The notes: generated from the letters alone by a model not told the origin. A stretch of DNA of 64,000 bases from Octopus sinensis (GCF_006345805.1 NC_043001.1:59892001-59956000); one strand, 5' to 3'. Counted from the first letter of the stretch, positions 38,876 to 53,277 are shown. Program-made: numbers and translations.

Positions 38876-39774
38876 AGCGTATATCAGCAGGCTCATTAGC
38901 CACAGAAAGCAAATGTTCTATTTCTGTGGCTTAGGGGTCTCTTACAGATATTTCTAGCAACGGCGGTCCTCCCTGCATCCTAGGTCACTTTTTAGAGACG
39001 GCGAATTATTTCGTTTTTGTTTCTAACTTGCGTCTAGCCTTCTTAATTATAAACACACAAACACACAGACACGCACAAACGCACACACACACACACACAC
39101 ACGCACACTCACACACACAATACCAAGAGTCCTCATGTAGAGCCTCCTTGAGAGTGATTATAGGAATGTTGGTCAACCATGGCTCAGATATAAGGGCAAG
39201 CTGTACAGTAACCTGTTAGAAATGAAGATAGCTCGCAACACATTTGAGTGAACGAACAGAATGGAGATTGGTTGTGTCAAAATGGTATTAAATACTTTGT
39301 TGCAACCAGCATTAACAAACTTTGTGCTGTAAGACAGTAAACGGCTGCAAATATACCACCTGCACTGACCTGTAATCCTCATACTTGCAAAATCTGATTT
39401 CCATGATGCTGATCACTACTCCGTGGAAGACAACCTTGTAGATGTGTTGGGGAAGACACTATAGTTTCAGTACATCAAGTGCTAAGTTTTTGCAATACCG
39501 TTCATGGATGGTAAACGCAGTAATATTTATCAATATCGATGTTAACTAAATAAAGTATTTAGCTACTGAGTTGTACAATGTATCTCAAAGGTATTTTACA
39601 TCACATAGACTCCGATTAGTTGGAATGTACGAGTTCATGTCATGAAATCGAATATGATTTTACTGTCCTTTAAGCTTCATTTTTAAGTTACTATAAAACA
39701 TCCGTGTTTTGTACCTAGTATGTCTTCCTTAGTGGATAAGAGGAAAAATATTATCCAATATATACACTATTTAA

Positions 39775-39960
39775 AGCGGGGAGCTGGCTGACTCGTTAGC
39801 ACACCTGACGAAATACTTAGCGGCATTTCGTCCGACTGTGAGTTCTAAATTCATATTCTGCCGAGGTCCACTTTGCCTTTCATCATTTTGGGGTCAATAA
39901 AATAAGTACCAGTAGAAAACTAGGGACGATATTTCAGGCGTTGTGCTAAAGTCTGAAACC
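39775..39960 (+). mobile_element. tRNA-derived SINE
   Basis: gcggggagctggc..cgttagcac...ccgaggtccactttgcctttcatc...aataagtaccag. Confidence 0.75.
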
Positions 39961-41178
39961 AATATATATACTTCATTTAAGATGTTATGATAACTTGATG
40001 GAGATGACTATGCAGAATCCTGTTGTTGAACACGGATACCAACCAATATGTATTTAAGTGACAACACGTGGCAGAAATAATATTTATCTAGTGATATATT
40101 AGGCAGACCAGATCATACTCCTGCCAGCCAGAAATCAAGTCTGTCTTGCATGCTCACACTTTCCGTTGCTTAACACAAGAACCATGGTTTGTCTTAGAAG
40201 TATTAATAGCTACGAATTACTTTATTTCAAATACAGAGGGGAGCGTTTGATGTAAGTGGCGGGGAGTTATGAGACGATTATGGTAAATAAAATAGGTGAG
40301 AAGTAGAAATGATAATGTACCGCTCACATATGTAAATGTCTTGAGCTCCATGCGTAAGAAGAAATCTCAATTAACCATAGTAGAAATATATTTAAATTAC
40401 ACATTTCGTTGTTTGTGTCGTGTTCATTTTTCAAGCTACATGAATACTCTGAGACTTTTCTACGCCTCCTCTATTTCAGTACCATATTTGTTTCACTTTC
40501 AATTGTTTACATATTGATGATTAGAAGTAATCTCTCACGTTTCTAACATAAGTATATCTATTTCTGTCAGGATCTCACGGAATTTGACAGCGAGTAAACG
40601 AATAATTCAAACCAAAGTAAACTGTGGGTAATTGTGGAAGGTAGGTGTAACACTTTTTAATAACGTAAAGTTAACCAAAAGAAATCTAGGTCTAAATACT
40701 ATCGTTTTATAAAATGAAAAACAAAAATATGCATCGAAATATAATATTTCTTGTTAATTTACTCGGTTTTAGTTTGTAACTGTCAGATAATATTTGGTAA
40801 CAGTAAGATTATAAATTCGATGCAGAGTCAGCATTTAAGTTAGGTTGTTACAATTTACGTTTACTCTCACGGCGAAAACGTGCATTTCATGAAATACATT
40901 GAATTGATTTATACATAGACGCTAAAGGGTAGGAAATAAAGTAGAATGTAATATATTCTATTTCCATTTAAAAGTTCCTTGCATGAATCGGATTACACGA
41001 CTAAAATCACCAGCACCACCACCGCCATCACCAGCACCACCAGCACCACCACATATATAGTAACAGTTATTTGTAACTAATTAAGAAGGGGAAGTCATAC
41101 ACACTGCTTGTGCTTGCATGCACTTATAAGCAAACACACAAACTCACAAGCACAAATACAATTATACACATGTGCGTG

Positions 41179-41217
<39 letters not shown>

Positions 41218-41283
41218 ACACACACACACACACATATATATATAAATATACATACATACATACATGCATACATACATACATAG

Positions 41284-41316
<33 letters not shown>

Positions 41317-41684
41317 TATATTAGAACGAATGAGATAAATTCAAGATTGAGAGTTTACAGGACATTTATAAAGAACATTTACATCTTACAGTTGTTTGTG
41401 GGATATCATGGATATCATGGAGACGATGTGAGAAATATTTGAGTTCTAATTGTTGAAGAAAAGATAAGGAATATAGAGGAAAATAAGAGAATGAAAGTAT
41501 AAATAAGATATATAAAGATATATACACCATTCCAGGAAAATGGTGTAAAAAGTGGTAGAAAAGGTAAAACAAGTTTCCTGTACATGGTGTGTAAGATCCA
41601 ATAACAGTTCATACTTAGTCATTGTAAAACATTTATATACTTATAAACACTTCTCTGTTTTAATATCTCTAAGGTAAGATATTT

Positions 41685-41777
41685 TCCCTGAAGACGAAGG
41701 CTCGTCTCATCTTCTCTGAGGAAATTAATCTATAAACATTATTATGGATCGCTGGGTCCCCAGAAACAGCTGTCGGA
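41685..41777 (+). ncRNA. Hammerhead-like motif with long helix-II insertion (family of 5930-6022)
   Basis: TCC CTGAAGA cgaaggctc...gggtcccca GAAA CAGCTG TC|GGA. Confidence 0.55.
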
Positions 41778-42158
41778 TTTCTAATAATTTTCTCTCCCCC
41801 TCCTTTAGTTTTCTGTATGATTTCTGGTCAGTGTAAGTTGGGCCAGTTTATATGTATACATGTATACATAGTTTGCATTTCATGTATATAATATACTTTA
41901 TATGATGATCTGTCTAATTTGCTTATCCCCATATTTGCTTCTGTACCCGCTCAAATTTCTATCTCTGAGCACTACTAAGTATCATTCTATACGAAGAATA
42001 TCTGAATCTCATCTCAGTCACTGTCCGTCTCTCTCTCTCTCTCTCTCTCTCTCCCCCTCTCTCTCTCTCTGCCACTCTCTTTCTCTCTCTATATATAGCT
42101 TTTTCCTTCGTTAATGTCCGTATGTGTAAATATATGTGTGTGCGTGCGTGTGTGTATA

Positions 42159-42410
42159 CTAGCAGAGAGACACGTCGTTACCCGGGGATAAAATGGCATA
42201 GTTTGTCTTGTTTCACTTGTTTCGGTCACGTGAATATACCCATCCAGGAGCACAGGTTTTATTCTAAGAAATAGACTGCGTGATTTCTTTGTAAGCGTAG
42301 TACTTATTCTATCAGCGTGTTTTACCCAACGATTAAGTTACGGAGACGTAAACACAGCAACATCGGTTCTCAGGCGATGGTGGGGGTACAAACACAGACA
42401 TACACACACA
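42159..42410 (-). mobile_element. Helitron-type 3' terminus (42159-42207) abutting a SINE fragment
   Basis: ctagcagagagacacgtcgttacccggggataaaatggcatagtttg matches 31784-31835. The sequence after it is the reverse complement of the 2288-family SINE tail. Confidence 0.55.
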
Positions 42411-42425
42411 CGTATACATACATTC

Positions 42426-42500
<75 letters not shown>

Positions 42501-42604
42501 CATATGTATACATAGTTGGAATTTACAGAAAAACAAAAGACGAAGACAGGTGTATAAATAACAAACAGATGTATTAGTTTAACGCTCGGGAAGGTAAGAA
42601 AGTA

Positions 42605-42639
42605 TTTTACGTTTCAAGCTTACGCTCTTCAACAGAAAA
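42605..42639 (-). ncRNA. Degenerate minimal hammerhead motif (CTGTTGA core)
   Basis: Reverse complement: TTTT CTGTTGA a GAGC gtaa GCTT GAAA CG TA AAA. Confidence 0.4.
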
Positions 42640-42863
42640 GAAACGCAAGGAAATAAACAGAGAGAATTTTTAAAATCCTTAGGGGCTTAGCGATCAACAA
42701 GCGGCTGGCTTGACTGAGGTAGTGAGACAGGAGAGCTAGTAAAAGGGGGAGATAATAAAGTAATGGTGATCCCAAAACGAAGTTGCGCGAGCGTGGATGA
42801 TGGTGTGTCTAATGGGAACTGGCCAGTGCTAGTGTATGCGGGGAGGTATGCATATACATACAT

Positions 42864-42904
<41 letters not shown>

Positions 42905-43023
42905 AGAGGGCAATTACACATAGATGCCGCACGCTAGGCGGGACTTTTAAAGTCAAAACTACCAAAATAAACAAATTGTACCGAATGCAATCCTCGAAGC
43001 GAGTCATTTAAAAAGAGAATTTA

Positions 43024-43087
43024 GTTACATATCACCTGTGATTTCGCAATCAATGCAGTATATGCATTTTATGTTCTTCAGTGCAAC
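43024..43087 (-). ncRNA. Type-I hammerhead ribozyme (family of 28662)
   Basis: Reverse complement: GTTGCA CTGAAGA ACA..ATGCA...TGCAT..TGC GAAA TCAC ag GTGA TA|TGTAAC. Confidence 0.7.
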
Positions 43088-43123
43088 ATATATATATATA
43101 TATATATATGTATATATTTATAC

Positions 43124-43156
<33 letters not shown>

Positions 43157-43332
43157 CATATATACACACACATATATATATGCATATATACATACACACA
43201 CAATATATATATATATATATATACATGATTATATACATATATATGCAAAATATATATATGTTTAAATTATAATATGTATAAACATATATATGTATATATA
43301 TTATAAGGTTTGGAGATGATGTACAGATATTT

Positions 43333-43611
43333 TATATTAGAAGAAATGAGGTACTCAGAAAATCGGATGGTTTATATTTACAGATATTTATTTGTATATT
43401 ACATGTTTTTATACATCATATAACTTAGATCATATATTAGCGCTTTCTCCCTTTCTAGTGGGGTTTTGAAATCGAACTGTTCGATTTGAAAACCCCACTA
43501 GAATGGGAGAATGATCTAAGTTATATGATGTATAAAAACATGTAATATACAAATAAATATCTGTAAATATAAACCATCCGATTTTCTAAGTACCTCATTT
43601 CTTCTAATATA
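43333..43611. repeat. Near-perfect fold-back palindrome (about 130-bp arms) between TA-rich tracts
   Basis: Centre ctagtggggttttgaaatcgaactgttcgatttgaaaaccccactag. Confidence 0.85.
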
Positions 43612-43725
43612 TATACATATAAATATATATATATACATACATACATACATACATATATATATATACATACATACATACATATATACATACATACATACAT
43701 ATATATATACATACATACATACATA

Positions 43726-43772
<47 letters not shown>

Positions 43773-43984
43773 ATGTATATATAAGGTTAATCCAAACGGG
43801 AAAACAGAAAAAACAACAACACGTGGAACAATTACAGTATTATTATTATTAGGCGCTCAGGAAAATGGAAGAAGGAGGGTATGACGTTTTGAGCGGAGCT
43901 CTTCGTCGGAAACATAAGAGAAAGAAAGAATGATCCCGAGACGGGAAGACAGAGGAAAAAAATTGCAGGTCGTCTTCACGAGGT

Positions 43985-44102
<118 letters not shown>

Positions 44103-44158
44103 CGAATGAGAGAAATCAAGGCTGAGCGGAGTTTACAGGACATTTATAAAGAACATTA

Positions 44159-44207
44159 CGTCTTACAGTTGTTCTGGGATATCATGGATATCCCTTCATC
44201 AGAGACG
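44159..44207 (-). ncRNA. Minimal hammerhead ribozyme (one A missing from GAAA)
   Basis: Reverse complement: CGTCT CTGATGA a GGGATATC cat GATATCCC a GAA CAACTG TA|AGACG. The family also occurs at 41322-41530, with the core deleted. Confidence 0.65.
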
Positions 44208-44311
44208 GTGTGAGAAAATATTGGAGTTCTAATTGTTGTAGAAAAGATAAGGAATATAGATGAAAATAAGAGAATAAAAGTATAAATAATATATATAAAG
44301 ATCTTAAAATT

Positions 44312-45480
44312 TCAAACAATCTTACTTTTACATGGGGTAAGACGGCCTTTGGCAGCAACTATACCTTGAATTCTACGGGGTATGGACTCGTACAACTTAT
44401 GAGTTGTTCCCAAAGGAATTTTTGTCCATTCATCAGATAAAATATTCTCCGTGTTTTTAATGGTGATGCTAGAAGATATCGACTCCTTACATAAATGTTC
44501 AATAATATTGAGAGCTAGAGACTGTGGTGGCCAGATAAGATGTTCAATTTCACTAGAATGTTCCTCGTGCCATTCAGTAACAATTTTAGCTGTGTGAATT
44601 GGTGCATTATACTGAAATTGGTGCATTATCCTGAAATATTGCGTTTCCCTCCGGAAACAGTTACGCAAATATAGTCACGTGTATTAATTCTGCCATGATG
44701 GGAAACCATTGGGGCGGTGGATTTCCAAGTATAGCTACCACCCGCAGATCATCACAGATCCTCCTCCATGTTTAACAGTTGGAAGGCAGTCTGGGGCAAA
44801 CGCTTGTTTTGGCTTTCTCCACACATATACTCGGCCGATGGTCGGAAATAATATAAAGGATGACTCTTCCGAGAAAATAACATTCTTCCACTGCTCTAGG
44901 GACCAATTCTGAAGGTTTTTACTCCATTCTAAACGCTTAGCAATATTTGCTTTCGAAAGTAGTGGTTTTCTGATTGCACCCTCCTAAGAAATCCGGCTTT
45001 GTGTACCTCCCGGCGAACGGTTTTTGTGGAAAATGGGTTCTCAAGGTGGTCACTAAGCTCTGCAGTAATTTTTGGAGCTGAACTTTTGTGATCCTTTCTA
45101 ACAATACGCATAAGAATCCGACGTTCCATATCTGAAAGTTTTGGTTTCCTTTCGTAGTTTTGTTTCTAGGAGGAGGTTTTTCACTCTTTTTCGAAGGTTG
45201 CCATTACTTTCGAGACAGTACTTCTTGATAAATAAAAATTTCCGCTGTTTTCGTTACCCTAGCAGCTGCCATACGTGCACCAACAATTTGACCTCTTTGA
45301 AAACTGGTATATCGGTTATTTTAATGAATTTTAATTACCTTTTTCTTATGATATCAGATAAGTAACAGTAATTTTAGCGAGATATGTTCAGCAACACGAA
45401 TAATAAAAAAAAAAAACAAGCGTATTTCCACATTATGAAGCTATGATGATAAGCGGTTCCATTATTTTGGCCAACACCTG
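44312..45480 (-). mobile_element. Tc1-family (DD34E) transposon relic, one TIR retained
   Basis: TIR reverse complement caggtgttggccaaaataatggaacc at 45455-45480, plus TA. Motifs STKTVRRE.HKAG, VIFSEESSF, YNAPIHTAK, WPPQSLALNIIEHL, LYESIPRRI. Confidence 0.85.
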
Positions 45481-45494
45481 TATATGTATATATA

Positions 45495-45571
<77 letters not shown>

Positions 45572-45602
45572 TATATATATATATAGACATATATATACAC
45601 AA

Positions 45603-45644
<42 letters not shown>

Positions 45645-45833
45645 TAATGCAATACAAAGTATCGCCTTCCAGTAAAAAGTAGCCTGGAGGTAAGACGTTT
45701 TTTTGCTCTAGTTTGTTGCACACACGCATTTTTGCTAATACATACGCGGTGAAGCTACACATTAGCGTCGTATTTTTACGTTCGCTATTTCCAGTAAATA
45801 TCGGTACTTAGTTGTGCCATTTATTTACTAATT

Positions 45834-45889
<56 letters not shown>

Positions 45890-46001
45890 CACACATATCT
45901 ATGTATATATACTTCTGTACATATATATGTATATATACATATATACATATACATCTATACGTATACATGTATATGTATAGATGTATATGTATATATACAT
46001 A

Positions 46002-49000
46002 ACTTAAAATATTTTAGAAAGGTTTTGGCTAGTGTTGGCCCCGGCCATCTCTAACTTAATAGCACCACCTAGTGAAGTATTTCAATTCGGGATTTGGGCA
46101 CCAAGGTCCATTTGAACAGAGAGTTATTGTTTGCGGAGACATATCCGGGTGTGGGTGATTTGTCCGGGACTGTTTGAAGGAATTTGTCCAAAGAATTCTT
46201 GAATTTTGTGTGGTCAGTTTCTGTTTTGACGTGTCCTGGTGTTGAAGAGAGCGGGTCGAATTGAAGTGAAATAATTGTGCCGTATTGTTGTTATGAGATG
46301 CGATTTAGATTTTTTTTGTGGACGGATGGCACGGAGTCCAAGTCTTGGATGTTTTTGAAGGTAATGCCAACATCATTTGGACAGTGCTGATGGAATATTT
46401 TCCACATCATACAGATAATATAGCATTCGTTGGAGTGAATAAAGTTTCAGCTTTTCTAATCGACCCCAGTAGTCGAGGTCTGACATGCCATCTATCTCTT
46501 TCGTGATTGACCTTTGGGGAGCTTCAATTTTCATATTTTGTTTTGTGTAGGGAGACCACAGTTTACAGCAGTATTGAAGCTGGGGTCGGGCAAAAGTGGA
46601 GAAGAGAAGGATAATGGTATTGGAATCTCTCGACTGGAAGGTTCTGAGAATCCAGGAACACATTCTGCGAGCCATGTCAACTTTGCTGCTTATATGTGTA
46701 GCCCAGCTTATGTTGCTGTCCACAGTTACTCCCAAGTCTCAGTAGTTGTTAGATGCCATGAGAAGTTCATCAGAAGGAAGGGAGTATGGGAGTTTCAGAG
46801 CGTCCTTCTTTCCAAAGTGGATCAGTTCGTATTTGTCTTCGTTTAACAACATGTTCTTTTCTGCCCATTGGACAAAAGCCAGTAGGTCTGACTGAAGGCC
46901 TATCCTGTCATCCACACCATTGATGACCTTCTGGAGCTTGGAATCATCAGCGAATATTCTGATGTTACTGTGTTTGATGATATCAGTAATGTCATCAATG
47001 TAGATGATGAAGACAAGTGGGCCCTACACAGTGCCTTGTGGGACACCACTACTGACTTTGCCTGGGCTGGATTTGATTCCTTTGACTACAACATTTTGGG
47101 TTCTTTTTGACAGGAAACACTTGATCCGCTGCAGCAGCTTTCCAGTGACACCAATATTGGACAGCTTTCTCAAAAGGATCTCATGATCAACCCTGTCAAA
47201 GCCCTTGCTGAAATCAAGGTAGATAACATCAGTGTTGGAACCCTCTCCCAAGGCTCTCAAAATGTCATAGAAATGATGCAGTAGCTGCGTCAGGCAATCC
47301 CTTCTATTACAGAATCCATGCTGGTTGGCGTTCAGCATATTATGACTCTCAAGGAAGTGAGTCATTCGCGATCTCACCACTCTCTCAAATACCTTAATGA
47401 TATGAGTGGTGAGTGAGATTGGACGGTAATTCACGGCAAGGGATTTGTTTCTTTTTTCGAAAACTGCGACAACAGACTGGGATAGCAGGTTTTCTGGTAT
47501 ATATCCAGCATCCAGTGAGTTCCGCCACAGATTGGCTAGAGGGGGTGCAAGTTGGTGTCGACATCTTCAAGACACAAGCAGGGAACCTATCGGGACTTAC
47601 TGCTGAATTATGCTTGATTTCCTTTATTGCTGCTAAGACATCAGGGGAGCCAAAGTTATGTCCGATAAAGTGTACTGGGGAGTAACATCACTGATACTGC
47701 CCAGATCAGCCATATCAGGATTGATGAAAACAGAGCAGTATTGTTTCTGCAGCATCTCTCCCATGGTTTAGGCATTGTCTTGAAGAGTACCATTTTCATC
47801 AATCAGTGGGCCAACAGTAGAGCCAGTGACTTTGTGTTTTTTTGCAAATGAAAAGAATACTTTGGGATTAAGTTTGATCTTCTCAATGGCCCAGGCCTCT
47901 TCAGCTCTTCTCTGACTATTGATGGTAGACATCATGTTGTTTTGGAGGTTATGTTTTGTTAATCTCTAGTGACATGATGGAAGTCAGGTTGGTGTGTTGC
48001 TGTGGACAGTATTTCAGCTTGTTTATTTTTTTGTTAATTCTTTTAATTTTTCTGATGAGAGTTTTTCTATTTCTAGGGATTCTGCACTTAGATTTGTTTG
48101 CAGATTTTAATGGGGTGTGTTTTGCACATATGTTTGTAATGGTGTCTACAAATGATTGCCAGGACATTTTGATGTTAGTGGGTGTGTATGTGTGCGTCAA
48201 GGACCAGTCGACGTGTGCAAGATCATTACTGATCGCTTCCCAGTTTGCGTTGCGGAAATCCATAGTGTTAAATGGATGGACAGGAGGGATGACGTTTGTT
48301 TTGCATTTTGGCCAGTGAAATCTTAGATCACAGAGAACCATGTCATGATCAGAGACCAGAGTTTTCTCCACTGCAATATTGTGGATAGTGTCAGTGTGAT
48401 TGCTGAAAATTAGGCCTAGGACGTTTTTGTGACATCTCGTTGGTTCGAGCACCAGTTGGGACAGGAAGAAATCATCCATGAATTCAAGAAGCGATTCCAA
48501 TACCTCCCTGTCAGGGGTTGAGACAGAAGAACCTGGCGGCAGACTGCTTGTAGACCAGTCAACCCCGGGGAGATTGAAGCCCCCCCCCCCATCATTAAGA
48601 TGTTGTCAGGTTGACACTGCTGGATGAAGCACTTTATGTTGTTGAGGCATTCCTTGAAGTATGGTAGAGGCGTTTGGAGTGGTCACAGAGCCCAACAACT
48701 ATTAAGTTGGTTTGACTGAATACAGCGACTGCTTCGCAGTATCCATTAGAAAATATGTTCGTAGCCTCTGTCGCGAAAGAATCATGAACATAAATGGCAG
48801 TCCCACCCCTTCTTCTGCCAGCACGATCAGAACGAATGGCTTTGAAATTTTTAAGTTTCACCTCGGCTTCCAAGTGGAGGTTACTAAGATGGGTTTCAGG
48901 GAGGACGAAGAAAGGGATGTGGTTTGGAGGGGCATCAACCAAGTCCTCAGGGAATTTTATCTTCCATTTTTATCTTCCATTGGTGGAAGGGCTGATAACT

Positions 49001-50188
49001 TGGGCGTTAAGCAAAAATGTTGAAGCGAGAGAGGATGGTTTTAATTGTTTTGGTGTTTTGTTTATTTCTTTGCTTTTTAATGGCATGCGCAGTGTGGTGG
49101 TAGTGGTGGATGGTGGTGGGTGATAGCTCCGATGATTTTTTTCCAGTTCTTTTGCTAGATTCATTATAGCTAAAAAAGAGGAATAAGTTTCCTGTGTAGG
49201 GAACAGTAGGTGTCTGTGGTTGTGGTTATTTTTATATGAGTGATTATTTTTATATGAGTGATTATTAGTCATAGGTATTTTTTGCTTTTATTTTTATTAT
49301 TATTTGTCCGACGATTCTCCGGGAGATGGGTAAAGGGACAATCCCTGTGCAGACACAATCTGTCTCGCTGGGAATAGCGGCAGATTTGGGGATTCCTTGT
49401 TTGAGATATTGGTGGTTGTGGTGGTGTTGTAATAGAGTATTTATTATGGTGGTGGCTGTTGTAGTTTGTGGGGTTAGAACGTTTTGTCCTTAGTAAATGG
49501 GTGAATCTGCAGTCTCTATCAGTGCATAATCTATAGCAGAGAGAATAGCGGCAAATGATGGGGTTTCGAGTGGGTGTGTTGGTGCGGGTGTGAGTTGTGG
49601 AAGGTATAAATGATAGTTTGTTGAGGTTTTGGCGACATTTGTGACCTGTGGGAGGTGGAGTTCTTGAAAAAGTAGTATGAGGTAGATTCCTTGAGGTAGA
49701 AGTAGTAGTAGTAGTAGTAAGCAGAGGAGCTGATGTTTACAGTGATGATGATTGAGCTACTGGGGCAGTGAAAGGTGGTGCTTCCTGCTGTGAGACCCTG
49801 GTAACTGGGGGGGGGGGGGTCAATCGTTTCGTTTAAGAAACAAGCCATTGTAGATGAATCAAGAAGTCTCATACTGTTGTTGTTGTTGCCGCTGAGGTTG
49901 TTGTTGATGCTGCTGAAGTTGTTGTTGTTGTTGTTGCTGTAGCTGTTGTCGTTGTTGTTGTTGTTGATGCTGCTGAAGTTGCTGTTGTTGCGCCGGTGTT
50001 GCGTTCGAAGAGAAAACATATCTCAGTTTATCCAAAGTGTTTATTGATTAATTTAAAAGCAACTTCGATTTGCTTTAATTTATTTTATATCTGCTGTTCA
50101 GATCGAGATCGCAAAAGGTGAACTGTCCACTTCGAGCATCCGAAACTCGGAGTTGTATCATGACTACCGAATAATTGTCACATATGAC

Positions 50189-50190
<2 letters not shown>
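46002..50190 (-). mobile_element. Near full-length degenerate CR1/L2-group LINE with CCCH zinc fingers in the 5' region
   Basis: RT motifs NYRPISLT, YLDFSKGFDRV, GVPQGTV, IFADDSKL; endonuclease motifs ETHL and VSDH; zinc fingers at about 49325-49390 and 49497-49555. Confidence 0.88.
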
Positions 50191-50234
<44 letters not shown>

Positions 50235-50419
50235 CCTCCGAAACACGCATTGAGTCGAAACATGGGCAGCTGATGAAGGGGAATATTCCTTGTATTGTTT
50301 TTCGTTGTTAAAAAAAGTCCGTTTTCTTGTTTGATTTTATGTTTTCATTTCTCGTTGTGTTCTACGTTTATTTGTGGTGTCCTGTAGTCATATATGCATG
50401 TATATATACATATAGATGC

Positions 50420-50625
50420 TAGCAGAAACGTTAGCACACCGGGCGAAATGTTTAGCGGTATTTCGGCTGCCGTTACGTTGGCAGTTCAAATTCCGCCGAG
50501 GTCGACTTTGCCTTTCATTCTTTCGGGGTCGATAAATTAAGTACCAGTTACACACTGGGGTCGATGTAATCGACTTAATACCTATGTCTGTCCTTGTTTC
50601 TCTCCTCTATGCTTAGCCCCTTTTG
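50420..50625 (+). mobile_element. tRNA-derived SINE
   Basis: gcagaaacgttagcacaccgggcgaaatg...gttcaaattccgccgaggtcgactttgcctttcattc...aagtaccagtt. Confidence 0.8.
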
Positions 50626-50819
50626 TAAGTTTATATATATATATGTGTGTATATATATATACATATATATATATATACATAATATATATATATATAAATT
50701 AATAAATAAAATATATGCATACATACATACATATATGTACGTACCTACATTAGAAAAATGCCTTGGGGCAAAGAGAGAGAAAGCCTATATATATTTATGT
50801 ATATATATATATATATATG

Positions 50820-51110
50820 AAAAAAGGAAAGGAAGAAAATGCTGACAAAATAATTTAAGTAAGGGAGAGTGTAATTAATTAGGTGAAAGTTCTTTTTACC
50901 GGTTGCGCATTTGTTATGCTTATCAAAAGATATTTTGAGTGAGATAGAGTTCCTTTCTGTAAATAATCAATCAGAAAGGAACTCTATCTCACTCAAAATA
51001 TCTTTTGATAAGCATAACAAATGCGCAACCGGTAAAAAGAACTTTCACCTAATTAAACACACTCTCCTTTAATTAAATTATTTTGTCAGCATTTTCTTCA
51101 TTTCCTTTTT
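50820..51110. repeat. Near-perfect fold-back palindrome (about 140-bp arms, 12-nt spacer) between (TA)n tracts
   Basis: ...gagttcctttctg taaataatcaat cagaaaggaactc... Confidence 0.9.
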
Positions 51111-51129
51111 TATATATATATATGTATAT

Positions 51130-51187
<58 letters not shown>

Positions 51188-51221
51188 GTGTGTGTGTGTG
51201 TATGTATTTATGTATATATGT

Positions 51222-52685
51222 AAATATTGTTCTCTGGACCGGAAAGTTCTTAAGATCCAGGAACTCATCCTACGAGCTATATCGACCTTCTTGTTGATGT
51301 GTGCACTCCAACTGAGATCTTCATCAACAATTACACCCAGGTCTCTGATATTGTTAGAGGCTGTGAGCGGTTCCCCTGAAGGAAGAGAGTATGGCTGTTC
51401 TAGTGAGGAATTTCTTCCAAAATGCATTAGCTCAAATTTTCCCTCGTTCAGTTGCATTTTGTTTCTGTCTGCCCATTGACTCACAGCATATAGATCAGAC
51501 TGGAGTTGAGTTCGGTCTGCTTCTTCATTGACGATTTGCTGGAGCTTAGTGTCATCAGCAAATATTTTCACTTTGCAGTAATGTACGACACTGGAAAGGT
51601 CGTTTATGTAAATTATGAAGAGTAATGGACCCAAGACAGTCCCCTGAGGGACACCGCTGGTGACTTTTGCTGGGCTTGAGTGGACTCCATCAACTACAAC
51701 ATGTTGTATTCTATTCGCCAGGAAATACTTAATCCAGTGTAGAACTTTTCCACGGATTCCAGCATTTGCCAATTTTGAGAGTAGGATATTATGGTCTACC
51801 CTGTCGAACGCTTTACTGAAGTCAAGATATATGACGGCAGAGTTCGAATCTGTTCCCAAGGCTTTGAGTACATCTTCAATGTGGTGTAAGAGCTGTGTTA
51901 GACAGTCCCTGCCACGGCGAAAGCCATGCTGATTTGCATTTAGGAGTGTGTGGGTCTCCAGAAAGTCAGCTATCCTTGATCTTAACACTCTTTCAAACAC
52001 TTTAAGGATGTGGGAAGTGAGTGAGATTGGGCGATAGTTGAGTGCGAGGGATCTGTTTCCTTGTTTGAAAACCAGGATGACTGACTGGGATAGAAACTGT
52101 TTCGGTATATAACCTGCGTCTAACGAATTTCTCCAGAGGTTGGTCAGAGGGACTGCAAGTTGGTGTCTACATTCCTTCAGGAGACTAGCGGGGAATCTAT
52201 CAGGGCCTACAGCAGAGTAGTATTTGACCTCATTTATTGCTGCTACGATGTCAGTGACAGTGAAGGTTATGTCTGAAATTTTGTTGGGAGTCAACTTCGT
52301 TCGCTTCTCTGACGTCGATATCAGTGGGAACACTAAAGACAGAGCAGTATTGTTTCTGCAGTATTTCTGCCATTTCTTTAGCATCGTGTTGGGGAATGCC
52401 GTTATCATCAATCAATGGCCCAATGGGTGAGACAGTGGTTCTATGCTTATTTGCATAAGAATAGAACACTTTTGGGTTCTGTTTGATGTTTTTGATTAAC
52501 CACTGTTCCTCCACAGCTCTTTGATTTTCAATGGAGTTTTTCCAGCTCTAGCCTTTTCATTGTTGTTGAATGTGGATGTTGTGTGTGGGAATATTTTAAT
52601 TGGTTGATTTTTTTGTTGAGCCTTTTGATGCGCCTGATGAGTGTTTTTCTTCTTTTTAGGGAGCCGGTTTCTGTTTGTGTTAGTA
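51222..52685 (-). mobile_element. CR1/L2-group LINE fragment with an open RT core
   Basis: ORF 51110-52411 contains NYRPISLTS, QHGFR, YLDFSKAFDRV, GVPQGTVLGP, FADDTKL and DLGV. It is closely similar to 33900-35300 and is cut by microsatellites at both ends. Confidence 0.92.
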
Positions 52686-52783
52686 GATATATATGTAAAT
52701 ATATATGTATATGTATATAAATATATAAACGTATGTGTATATATTTATGTACATATATATATATACGTATGTGTATATATTTA

Positions 52784-52857
<74 letters not shown>

Positions 52858-52882
52858 CATAAATATATGTATATGTATGTGA

Positions 52883-53195
52883 AGGCGCGTGGTTCAGTGG
52901 TTGTGAGCTCGAATCCCGACCGGGCTGAGTGTTGTGTTCTTGAGTAAGACGCTTTACTTCACGTTGCTCTAGTTCACTCAGCTGTAGAAATGAGTTGCGA
53001 CGTCAATGGTGCCAAGCTGTATCGGCCCTTGCCTTTCCCTTGGATAACAATGGTGACGTGGTGAGGGGAGGCCGGTATGCATGGGCGACTGCTGGTCTTC
53101 CATAAAAAACAACCTTGCTCACACTTGTGCCTCAGATGGTAACTCTCTAGGTGCAAGTCCATGGTCAGTGTCTGACCGAAGGGGGTCACAATCAC
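52883..53195 (+). mobile_element. tRNA-headed SINE
   Basis: A/B-box-like ggcgcgtggttcagtgg...ctcgaatccc, followed by ttgagtaagacgctttacttcacgttgctc. Confidence 0.65.
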
Positions 53196-53226
53196 AATAT
53201 ATATGTGTGTATATATACATACATAT

Positions 53227-53269
<43 letters not shown>

Positions 53270-53277
53270 GTATTTCG

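Noticed and set aside
51110-52411. 433-aa RT ORF as a functional or domesticated gene
   Set aside because: It is frameshifted at its 5' side, lacks the endonuclease and runs into a microsatellite; a LINE fragment.
52883-52920. tRNA gene candidates at SINE heads
   Set aside because: Only A/B-box-like remnants fused to SINE bodies; no complete cloverleaf.
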